64,000 bases of DNA from positions 1 through 64,000 of the forward strand of contig MCFE01000303.1 of assembly GCA_002104905.1 (NCBI GenBank), in the 5' to 3' direction. Shown here piece by piece: positions 51,201 to 62,396 of the stretch. Both the position numbers and the translations under genes were made by a program. Positions within the stretch are counted from its first letter, which is position 1. Every line of letters starts with the position of its first letter. This DNA comes from Basidiobolus meristosporus CBS 931.73. Lineage: Eukaryota > Fungi > Basidiobolomycota. Below the pieces are notes generated by a model. That model was not told where the DNA came from. It was given only the letters and a program-made list of their open reading frames with translations, and made no database searches.

Positions 51201-52686
51201 GCACTATCCAACGGAACAAGTCTATTCAATTAAACAATTCCATACATACATACATGGTCGCCGATTCACGATAGTAACGGACCACAGCGCACTGGTCTGG
51301 CTGATGAAAACTAAAGACTTTACCGGCCAACTAGCACGTTGGGCCCTACAACTACAGCAATACAACTTTGAAATAATTCACCGCGCTGGCAAGAAACACC
51401 AGGACGCAGACTTCCTCAGTTGCTATCCTGTTTGCCAAATACGTGTCATTGATGAGTACAAGGACGTAATCTGCTTTAAAAAGAAAGGGAGGTATCCCAA
51501 ACACGTTGTTACAAACAAACAGAAGAGAGAATTTCGAAGGAAATGGTGTCAGTACGAAGTACAAGAAAATCGACTATGGTTCCTCCAAGGACAGTCCAGA
51601 GCCAAGGTACCCCCACTAGCAGCCCGTGAAGAAATCATACGAGAAAGACATATGTCATTAGGACACGCTAACCCCCTAACAACATATAAGATGTTAAGAA
51701 AAACGTCTTATTGGCAAAAAATGATGACTGACGTTACAAATACGTTACAAAGATGCACCACTTGCAAAAGATTCAACCAGAGTCAGAAGATAGGGACAAC
51801 CGCACCAATACCGGTTGACCTGCCCTTCCACCGAGTAGGGATTGACTTTGTTGGCCCCTTTATGAAAACAAAGAAAGGAGAACAATACATAATAATTGCA
51901 ACCAATTATTTCTCAAAGTGGGTAGAAGCCCAAGCCGTCCGCAATAAAGATCAGAAGACAACCGCCCAATTCATTCTAGAACACCTCATCTGCCGACACG
52001 GATATCCTCAGATACTCCTGTCCGACAATGGTGGTTCCTTCCTGAACAACACCGTGGCCCACCTGTGCAAAATGATGGGCGTGAAACAAGTCTTCACGGC
52101 CGCGTATCACCCCCAGACTAACGGATTAACCGAGAGGATGAACCAGACGTGTTGCCGCATACTGGAGAAGCTTCACTGGGAACTTCCCCAATCATGGGCC
52201 AAGCTGCTCCCACTGACACTCCTAGCAATGCGCACCACACCAAATAAAACAACGGGTTTCTCCCCATATGAAATCCTATATGGACGAAGACCCAAGTGGC
52301 GGGAGGAAGTTGGATTGACAATGGAAGGTGTCCCCCTGACGACACATAACAACTATATAGAAAGGTTGATACACCGTATTGCCCACCTATACATAAAAGT
52401 ATTCAAAAATGTCGACAAGCACCTTCCCCCTCCACCCAAAAATGAGAAACTAACAAGACAAAAGTGGAAACCAGGCGATAAGGTGTGGTACAACCAAACC
52501 GTTGCAGGCCTCAAGTTCTGCCCACGATTTACACCCCAATGGATTGGCCCATGCACCGTTATCAGTTCGGACCATGGACCAAAGTACACCATCACCCTGA
52601 ATAATAAGACAATCAGCAACGTAGCGCCAGCCCATCTGAAACCGTTTCATGATGATCCACCGATCATCACTGAGACCGAAGTGTGA
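48173..52686 (+). pseudogene. Gypsy pol (protease, RT, RNase H, integrase), split by the MITE
   Basis: ALINTGS (DTG mutated), SPWASPVVIVPKKDG..RFCIDYRKLN, YLDD, SDGS..GIGAVL, ECLAVVY|SIKQF...TDHSAL, HHCC finger and GIDF / SDNG / GLTER triad. Confidence 0.95.
50490..51223. mobile_element. 734-bp foldback MITE of the surrounding PHIS family
   Basis: Arms 50490-50836 and 50877-51223 are inverted copies around a 40-bp spacer. TSD ATT at 50487-50489 and 51224-51226. First 27 nt identical to 44774-44800. Confidence 0.95.
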
Positions 52687-52815
52687 TTAAACGATTATCA
52701 GGACAAGGATAGAGGAAGACACGGGATACATTCAAAGTTTATTAGAGGAGATTTTAGTTGATATAGGTACAAATAATATGCGCGAGGGAGTTTGCCCAAA
52801 GGGGAGAACAAAAGA

Positions 52816-53985
52816 ATGCATATGGAAAGCGCCAAAGGAAACAGTTCACCCAAAACTGGCGATACCCCTCCCACTAGCAAGAACCAAGATGATATCAAAA
52901 ACAAAACCAACCTGCAAGTGTTAAGAGATATGGTACAAGCGTTACGTACGACAAGAGCCACCTATGAAGAGTCGTTTGCCGGAGCAGTCACGCTAATACA
53001 AGACACAATCAGAGAGGGACGAGACAAGTTACCCATGCCGATACAAAGCATGGAGATACTACCCGAGAAGACTGTGTACCACCTAAGAGGAGGTTCCTTG
53101 ATCATTAAGGAGAAGGACGCCGCGCTGATTCCCGTATCCATACTGGACACAGTCAGACAGAAGACACAAGGAATCAACTGTTGCGCCCTCACGAGACCTC
53201 AAGAGCCCCCCTGTTTTGTTGCATACTTGCCATTAATAGGTACCACGGTTGTTGAGGTATACGCAGACCTGGTACGAGCTGCAAGAGCACCAGAAGTAGA
53301 ACTCCCAATCAAAGGACTCCTCCAAGAAATTCACGAACATCTCAAACCACATTTCCAAGAAGGAACCATCTTAGAGAAGATACGCGAACGGATTAAATAC
53401 ACCGGCCAGTTAACCCATGCGATCCACCAAGTTGCTGTGTTACAACTATTACAGTGGTTTACCATAGGACAACTCAGGAATCAGTACAAAGTCCAACTCC
53501 AAGAAGCCGAAGAAACCGCCACGGATTCTGTAGAAACCATGAGGCAAGTACGAAAGCGCCTCGATTGCGCCACAGTTTCTACGGAAGAACTACAATACGT
53601 CTTGGAAGAAGCAAAAACTCATTATTGACAACGAGTGACTGCTGACCAAGTGTACGCCCTCTTCAAAAGGTCCCCCACCGTCATATTGAACACAAAAAGG
53701 ACAAGCCCCAATAACGTTTGCAAGATAAAGAAGCAAGACTTTATCGCGCTATTGCACCTTTTCTCGTTCTCCGACCCTCCCGAGGAACTTACCCAGAACC
53801 CTATGGTTTGCCAACTATATGGCTTTGTGGAAAACATCCCTCGAGCAACACAGGCCACACCCTACTCTGCCGCCAAATGGTATCAGGTACTTGCCCGCAA
53901 TCCCCTCGCAAGTGACAACCAGCAATGGTACTACGGTGACTCCCCATGCTCCGTAAACGAAATTGATCCTGGAGAAGCAAGTTAG
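52816..53985 (+). pseudogene. Gypsy ORF3 of unknown function (about 390 aa, one TGA)
   Basis: ORFs 52792-53628 and 53635-53985 are in the same frame, separated by a single TGA, and lie between integrase and the 3' LTR. Start approximate. Confidence 0.75.
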
Positions 53986-54029
53986 TCAAAGAACTTCGAG
54001 GACAAAGCTCCCACTTAACCCCCGGGATA

Positions 54030-54416
54030 TGTGAGTACTCAATGTAGTACCCACTCTTTGCCCAAGAGTTCTCCCAAGAGTTCCCTCCAGAGTCCTACCC
54101 AAAGTCCTCCAGTACCCTCCCTATGATTCCCCCACGTGTCCTCCCCTCCTATCCCTGCCCTTATCTAGTTAGAACACTTACCATAACAGGAAGGTGTTCA
54201 CACCCCTATTTTATAACACATTGTCTATTGTCTAAGCCCCCCCAAGTGATATATATATCTACCCAAATGAACCAGGAAGAACAACGAGATTGGGACGAAA
54301 TAAACAGAAGTCTTTATTACCTTGCTACCTTCTATTGGAAGCTATTCTGAACCAAGTGGTACTGACTTGACCTACAAGCTCTCCCACTCACCAAGTACAG
54401 TCAGTAATAACCCACA
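54030..54416 (+). repeat. Gypsy 3' LTR (387 bp)
   Basis: TGTGAG...CCCACA; about 99% identical to the 5' LTR. Confidence 0.95.
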
Positions 54417-54421
54417 CATGT

Positions 54422-54963
54422 CAGTCCAGAGTACGCCAACACCCTTTACCAGAACGCCCTGCATCAAGTCAACACGCGTTGGGTCAATGCGCACGCTTCA
54501 GAGCAAAACTACAAGAACTTGCCAAACTGCTCATTTAGACACAAGTCCATTGGAGCGGACCGAGTTGCGTCAACTTGCAGCATCACATCAAACTCAGCCA
54601 AGGGCCATCTCAACGCATCAAGGCGCGCCTGCGCATGCCATTTTGCCTGACCATCAGCGAGTTACTTCTGGTGAACTGACTGATGATGACCAACATGAAG
54701 TGCCTCAACCACCGGAGCCCTTGGCAAGTAAAAGAACACGTCAGTGCGTGGCGCTACAGGCCGGTTCAGTTGGTTCAGTTGGAGCAATTCAGCGCGGCCA
54801 AGCTGTAGCATTGCACTCATCAACTAGGAGGCAAAATACTGACTACGAATACACAAGTAGCCAAGATGACAGTCAGCCAGGAAGTAGTATAGGTGTGCAA
54901 AGTGAGTCACTACCAAATGCTTCAGTAGTAATCCCTGTGATAAAAAAACCCAGGAGAAGATGA
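54422..54963 (+). pseudogene. PHIS ORF2, 3' part (low-complexity S/T/Q tail ending in a KKPRRR NLS-like motif)
   Basis: In frame with 46294-46906 once the gypsy element and one TSD are removed (...ARRHT-SVQSTPT...). Confidence 0.7.
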
Positions 54964-55706
54964 TGCGATCACTTTGAATTGCGCACATTTGTAATGATCC
55001 CAACAACCCTTTTTTTTTGCAATCCAAATCGAGCCATTGCAAATCAGTGATCATCAAATTTTTGATATAAGTAATATCAAGGTTGTCTCACATTTGAGAC
55101 AGAACCCCTATAAATAAACACCCTGCATATATATATATCATAGGTAATACCAGTGCAGCTATTGGATCTGTTTTGCACCTACACAATTGCTTGCGTGCTG
55201 GCTATGACACCTTGTCCAATCACTAGGATCAGGGATTTACTTGCTCAATGAGCAAAATGGGATATTTGATGGCAAATCAGGTAGCTTTTTTAGTAGTCAA
55301 TGAGCCAATTGGGGGCTGCCAGCTTCAGGATACTTTTGGACCAATTAACCACTGAGATACCGTCCAATTGGAGTGAGGGTAGCCAAAATGGCAAGTATTA
55401 GTGTAGTTTATAGTGTAATACACATTTATTTCCATTTACATTAAAGAAACATATCCAAATACCGGATTTTACCTGCCATAATGGCGGTATCTGATGACGC
55501 ACGTGATGCAAACATTACAAGTTGGCGCAATCATCTGTTCCAACCTCATTGTGTCAGATTGTGCCATAGTGTGCGAGATTGTCCCGCATAGTGCAAAATT
55601 GTCCAAGAACAATCCTTCCTTCTGGTAGCTATAATATTGCGCCTGATTGTTCTTTACAACCGCGGATCACGCCGCACGCCCTGGCATGGTACAATGGAAC
55701 AAGTCT

Positions 55707-57464
55707 ATTTTTTTGAGCACTGCTCTTGAAGAAGTGCTGCAACCTCTTGGTGTGCCTATTGATTTTCCAAAATTCCACTGAAGGCATCATGATAGTCTTT
55801 TGAGTTCTTGACATTGTAGCCTTGTCTGTCAGTAGGATCTCCATTCAGTCAACAGTGGAGGCTGTGGTAGACAAATTGCCTTTTTCTGCAAACTCATCTA
55901 CCTTGCTGGAGTGAAGCTCAACTGGCTGCACTTCCAACTCTTGTGAAAACAGCTGCTTCTTGTCTGTAATTCTTCTTGGCTATGATGGGGTTCAGTCTGT
56001 TCTGGGCTTGCAGCATTAATTGGCAAGAACTGCAGTTTTTTTTGCGTGCCTTCCTGACTCAGGCTTGGGTAGACATTTTTCCCTTTCCCTTTTCCTTTAT
56101 CACTGTCAGGTCTTTCACTGCTACTTTGTCTGAGTGCTTCTTGTAATAAACTAGATTTTCTCCTTGATAAATGCTGCTCTGACGCATCTGTTTTGGCCTG
56201 CTTATCCCTTGCTAGCACTCTCCTGCCAACCTGATATTTCTTTTTTGCTTGTTTTGAGCTCTCAACCAAAGTTGTGACAGGCTCCTGAAAAAGCTGCTGG
56301 TTTTTATCACTGCAAGGTCCTTCACTGCTACATTGACTGAGTGCTTCTTGAGTGGTACTAGGCTTTTCCTTGATAAATGTTCTGCTGGTACATCCATATC
56401 TGCCTGCTTGTCCCTGATTGGCACTCTTCCAGCCACCTGATGTCTCTTTGACACTTATCTGGAGCTTTTGGCCCCTCTTATAATGGGCTCTTGAGGAAGC
56501 CACTGGTTTTTAGCCATGGCACCCTTGTTCTTCTGCCTTTGATAGTTTCTGCTATTCTTAAGATACTTTCTTAGCATACCAATGCTGGCCCAAAATCTGT
56601 TTGCCTGTTTGAATTCAGGATAATGCTCATGGAACAACTCAAGTGCATTCTGCTTGGCCTTGAGTTCCCAATGGTCCCATGGTATGCTGACCTTAAGGTG
56701 ATGGCATGCTAGACTTGTGACAGCCTCTTGAATATTAGCCCACTCTTCATTATTGCACTCAACAACTTGACTGATCTTCAATGTCTTTTGATTTTTAGGC
56801 TTTGGTATAAACAACACATTGTCTCCCTCCCATGCTGTGATAGGTTTTTCAGTGGGCTTTATCTTTGGGCATTGTTGTTGTGCTTCAAAGACTGCATGGT
56901 GTTTCTCTGCTTTTGCATTGGGAAATGGCTCAATTCTTGGCTGTGACATTGAGCTACTTGAGTTTTTTTTTGCAGCAAAGATACTGCTTTCTCTACCTGG
57001 GATATTGATTGCTCTACATGTATTATCTGCTCATCCTGTTTCTGGATTACTTCCTGATTTCTCCGGGCCATTGCAACTATCCAATCAGCCACTGCACCCA
57101 ATTGCTTCATTAATGCTTTGGTATGAGCTGACAACATACTTGCTAATATGGGTGGTGGTGATGTTATGACAGCTACTTGCTGGTTTTTGATAGAGGGTGC
57201 TGCATTTTCTACATTCTCATCTGCCTGAGCATATTGGTCAGCCTGTGGCTCCGCAGAGGTTCTCAATTGCCTACTTGACTGAGAGCCTGAGGAGTCTGCA
57301 TTATTACCTTTAATGGGCACACTGTCCACAGGGCCTTTTTTGGATGTAGCCCCACTTGTTGCACTGAATGTCAAAGCAAGCTGTTGTCCAACTGTTCTTC
57401 TGTTGCTGTCAGTGGTGGGGATTGGTTGAGAACCAGACAACTTTGCTTTATTTTTTGGTGGCAT
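55707..57464 (-). pseudogene. Decayed TE accessory ORF divergent from the CACTA transposase
   Basis: Several frameshifted fragments, including W...HYPEF...WASIGMLRKYLKNSR. Internal diverged duplication of about 200 bp near 56100-56450. CpG-depleted. Membership in the CACTA element is inferred from position. Confidence 0.55.
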
Positions 57465-58758
57465 ATATATGGAAGTGAGTCAAACTAAAGGGGAAATAGT
57501 GTTACATATACATGTGTATGTGGTGCCACAACTTTATTTATAATGCTTACTATGGCAGTGTGGTGGTGTATAAGTCCAAGGGAGAGATATGTCCAACACT
57601 TCTCAAGTGTTTTGTGTGTGGGGTGCTCACTGGGTGCAATAACCTCTGGCAAAAGCTTGCTAGGAATACTTGGGTTCTGTCTCTAATCTAATGTGAAGGG
57701 GAATAAAGCCACAAGCTTGTCAAGGGAAAACTATTGAGCTACAATCCCCAACTTAGTTGGCGTCTTAACAAAAGTATGTGCTGGGTTCAGTGTCCTTTGA
57801 GATGACAATGTACTAAAGCTTCCAAAGTCAAAACAACTGTAAACTCCACCAGCAGGGACTTGATAAGAATGCAGCTGTGGTCAATAGTTACAAAGACAGA
57901 AAAGTATCTTTGCCTGTACAAGAACAAACTTGGGAAAGAATCAAATATAATAAAAGATACCTACTCTGAGTATTCCTCACAAGTAGTGCCTCCAAGGTCA
58001 GTTGGCTGTCAGCATGGTTTCCTGGGAGTGTCCTGTGGTCTAGGGTTGGAAGTTCAGGCAGCAGGTAGCAGTGATCACACTAATCAAAAAGTTGGTATGT
58101 TGATAAAAGGGATGATGATTTATTGTTGAGGGATAGCCTCCCAAATATACTTTTCTCACTGGCTAAGTGATTACTAATCATGGTGTTCCAGAAGGTTCTG
58201 AATATCAAAAGAAATCTTAATGACATCAGAATGACCTAAGAATGTTCTAAGTATGTGCCAGAAGGTTCCAAGAGGCACAGCACATCCAACCAATCAGGAG
58301 TCAATAATCTGAGACCTGTGTAACATAGGGATACCATATATGGTATGGAAATGGTAGGGATGGTGACAGGGGTTGATCATGTGTCACAGGTACTGGCATG
58401 GGTACTTGCCTAATATAGAAGTACTTATAGCTAGTAATCTTACACAAAGTGAGGGGTAACTTATGCAATAAGGTAAGCAGGTGTGATAGTCAACCAGCTT
58501 ATGGGATAGTACTGATTGGGTAAGACAAATGGGATAAAACTAAAATAAGTGTAGAAGAGATATAGGGAAGTAGAAAATATGGGAATGAGCACATCTGTCA
58601 GTGGGTGTCACTGTCACCCCACTACAGTGGGTCATCATTGAATCTTACATTCATGTAGGTGCAATGTCTCAAATACAAGACTGTCTTAAGTTCACATGAG
58701 TATTGACCAAAAAGTGATATAATAGCATTATGTTGTTGAAGGTCAAACTGTTTGCCCC

Positions 58759-60800
58759 ATGGACAAGACTACTTTGACTCAACACCGTAAGAGAAGAGAA
58801 AAAAGACCATGTGGCTATTGTGGCAAGCCTCTCAGCCATGAAGCACACAGACAGCATAGGAAGTATTACAAGGATCATGACCAGTGTTTTGCCACCCAAG
58901 TCATATTTGACCATTCATTGGTCACTACTGTACCAACATTATCTTGCTGGCCAGTTGATACTCCTATATTGGCACCTGGCTGTCTTTGTCACCTTGCACA
59001 AACTGAGTCAGGTGAGTTTGTGACACCTTTAGGCTCACCTCAGCCTTCTGAATATGGCACGCAGAGTGATAGCCCTGACAAAGAAGGTTCACTGATGGAT
59101 TTTGAGCCTATCTCCCCTAACAACAGTACTACGTATGAGCCTGGTCAAATCCCTATATGCAATGATACAACACCTGTTGAAACAAATGCCAAGGATACTT
59201 TATGGAGCCAAGTGAGCCCAGTAATCCATCTATTGGTAAATGATGTAATGTTGTGGCTAGAGAAGTGGCATGTTTTGACTAATATCAGTAATGGGGGCTT
59301 TGAGGATTTATTACTACTTCTTGCCAAAATCATACCAGGATGCAACTTACCATGTACATGGTACAAGTGGACAACCATCATGCGGCTGGCAACATATGAT
59401 CCAGAGACTGTCTGGATTCCAGCATATGTTAACAGTTGCATGGCATTCACATCCAAAAATGCTACCATTGCAACATGTCCAAATTGTCAGGAATCCACCA
59501 CCATTGAGGGAAAACATTGTTCACACTCTGGATATATTCCAGTCATAACCTGTTTGAGGAAGCTGATGCAGTCTGACAAATATTGCAAAGCTATACAGTA
59601 CCACAGTCAGTATCAATCAAGTGCAAACATATCCAATATATTTGATGGCAAACATTACAAACAACTAAGAAGCAAGGGCTACTTTGAAGGTATGCATGAC
59701 CATGCCTTTGCTTCAGCACTTGCTGGATTCTCATTGAACAAGTACTCTAACAGCAAATCCTGCTGGCCACTGATTCTCATCAATCTGAATCTGTCACCCA
59801 TCTTAAGGTATCTAAGCAATAATCTGATAGTAGTCTCACTGGTATCTGGGCCTAAATCACTGTCCAACCTGGATAGCCACCTGTATCCATTGCTGGATGA
59901 ATTATGTATGCTTTCCAGCGGGATAATGGTAAATGGCCATCATGTAAAAGCACATATTATTATTGGCATTGGAGATACCCCAACCATCAGCAAGATAGCA
60001 GATTTTCTGGGCACAATGGATGGTATTGCTGTCAAATGTGTGAGATCCAGGGAATTTACTCATAACTCACACGCATTATTATTACCCAAACACCAGCACC
60101 AAGAATATCATCTTTCCACAGAGAGAACATACAGAAGTAAGCATGCAATTGCAGCAAAGTTGGCAAGCTATAAGCCATTGGCCAGAATATGGAATCAATC
60201 AGAAACCGGAAATACTTAAGACAGAGGGTATCTGTTGGAGCAAAAGCTTTCCACTGGAAGCAAAGCATTTGCTTTTCAACAATATCCCTATACTGATGAC
60301 CAAGTTTTACATGGATCATTTCAAGCTAAATGAGCCATCTGAGATACCAGAGAGATTTGAAAGAACTGTCAAGATACCACCAAGTATCTTCTACCCTCAG
60401 TACTTCTTGTGGGCTCCAATCAACATTCATATGCATATGCAGCAATTCAAGTGCAAGAACTGGATGAACCAGATTTGTATTTATTCAAGTGGCCTTCTAA
60501 AAGCATTTCTACCAAGAGTACATTGGGAGCACTGGGAGTCACATGTGGACATTGTTGGAATATTTATCCAGCGGTGGATCACCAATGCCAACATGATGCA
60601 TCAGCAACTTTTATGCAAAGAGTTTGTGATAGGATTTGAGCTGATACACTACTAAAATAAAGCTGAGTGTATAGATCTCTGCCGCTACTTTATATATTTG
60701 CTACTCCATCTTGCTTGGTGTGCTCAGATTATTGCACCTTACTTCACCTATTGTGAGTTTCCTATGGAGTGGATGTGTTAGGAGATAGGAAGAAAAGTCA
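58759..60800 (+). pseudogene. CACTA/EnSpm (Transposase_21/Tnp2) transposase, frameshifted
   Basis: CPNC, NIFDGKHY, SCWPLILINLNLSP..RY...LVSGPK..NLDSHLYPLLDEL, IGDTP, and a later FTYCEFPMEW motif. Confidence 0.85.
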
Positions 60801-61710
60801 AGTTGCAGGTCCTTGTCATTAGTAATCACTTGGCAATCAGGAAAAGTATTTTAGGGAAGTCAATCCCTCATCAATAAGTCATCCTTTCTATTATTAACAC
60901 TTTCTCCTTATTGATTAATAGTTGATCACTGCACCTGCCTTTTGCATATACACCTCAGACTTGTCCTCAAGGAGCTTTTCAGGGTAGTGCACAAGACACA
61001 CAGAGGCCTTTGAAGACACATGGAGCATCTAGGAAGCTTGAGAAGCAGGAGCTTTTACCATAGTTACATGTTGAAAAAGACACCACTGGTTTAGACACAG
61101 AGGTTATTGCATATATCAGGCAACTCACACATCTTGAGTTGTGTAGCATCTCCCAGGAGTACCTCTAAACCTCCACACCATTATGGATGTAATGAGTTGG
61201 CACATGCAGGATAGCCAGGAAGAGTTGGAAAATACTGCAGACAGATGTTCACATGGAGACACCTATGCCTATGGCATTAAGAAGCTGAGTAGCCCCAATA
61301 TGTGGGTAATCAGTCAAGTAATGCAAAGCTGGGTTGGGTGCCATAGTGTTTTTTTAATCAAACTATTTGTGAAGTACCCAAAGCAGTAGTGGGTAAGCAA
61401 ATAAACAAGGGTATTCTGCAGTAGAATATATGAATTGCGCAAGATGAGGCAGAAAAAGGAAATACCATTTGGTAAATTGGTATGGTAGCATTATACTGAG
61501 CTAGCTGTAGGCTGCCATACTAACATGATAATGCCATCAAAGGCTTGCAAAGAGGCCATCAAAACACTGACATGTTTTTTGCCATGTAAGGCAATTGGAT
61601 GTACTGGCTGGTTAGATCTACTCAGGTAGGTGTAAAGTGCAATAAGACTGTAACAATGCCATGCCAACCTTGGCAAGACACTGTATGAGCACTGTCAAAA
61701 TTTATCAACT

Positions 61711-62390
61711 TTATTTGGCTGAAAAATTAGCAAAATGCCATTGTGATCCTGTCACAAAATTGTGTAGATGGTCATTAATTCCAGTTGCTACTTCTATTGC
61801 AGTCTCTTGACAGGATCCTGATGGCTGGTCTGGGTTAGATCCATCCGCAAGACCAAATAATTTTTTATAGGGAGAATGTGTGTGAGTTCTGGAGTAAGTC
61901 CCCTGGATCTCACAAATTTGACAGCTATACCATCCATTGGGCCCTGAAAGGCAGGCTATCTTGTTGATGGCTGGGGTATCTCTATTGTAGATAATAATTT
62001 GAACTTTTACATGAAGGCCATTTATTGTTATCCTGCTGGAAAGCATACAAAATTCATCCAGCAATAAATACAGGTGGCTTCCCAGGTTAGACAATGATTT
62101 AGTCCCATATGCCAATGAGACTACCATCAGATTTCTGCTCTGATACAATAACCAAGGCAGCAGATTCAGGTTGATAAGTATCAGTGGCCAGCAGGATTTG
62201 CTGGTAAAGTATTTGTTTAGTAAGAATCCATCATGTGCCAAGGCAAAGGCATGGTCATACAAACACTCAAAGTAGCCCTTGCTTCTGAGCTGTTTGTAAT
62301 GTTTGCCATTGAGTATATCTGCTATATTTGTGCTTGATTAATACTGGGTGTGGTACTGTATAGCTTCATAATATTTGTGGACTGCATGAG
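61711..62390 (-). pseudogene. Second CACTA transposase fragment of the same family, inverted
   Basis: HDGFLLNKYFTSKSCWPLILINLNL...GPNGWYSCQICEIQG; aligns with 59560-60060. Confidence 0.85.
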
Positions 62391-62396
62391 CCTAAG

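Larger units (their letters stand above)
46907..54416 (+). mobile_element. Full-length Ty3/gypsy LTR retrotransposon (no chromodomain, extra ORF3), inactivated
   Basis: Paired LTRs, PBS, gag-PR-RT-RH-IN order and 5-bp TSD CACGT (46902-46906) / CATGT (54417-54421). Confidence 0.95.
44774..55706. mobile_element. PHIS-superfamily (PIF/Harbinger-ISL2EU-type) DNA transposon, about 3.4 kb without nested inserts
   Basis: TIRs AGACTTGTTCCGTTG (44774) and the inverted AGACTTGTTCCATTG (ending 55706), flanked by ATT at 44771-44773 and 55707-55709. Contains a DDE transposase and a divergent ORF2. Confidence 0.9.
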
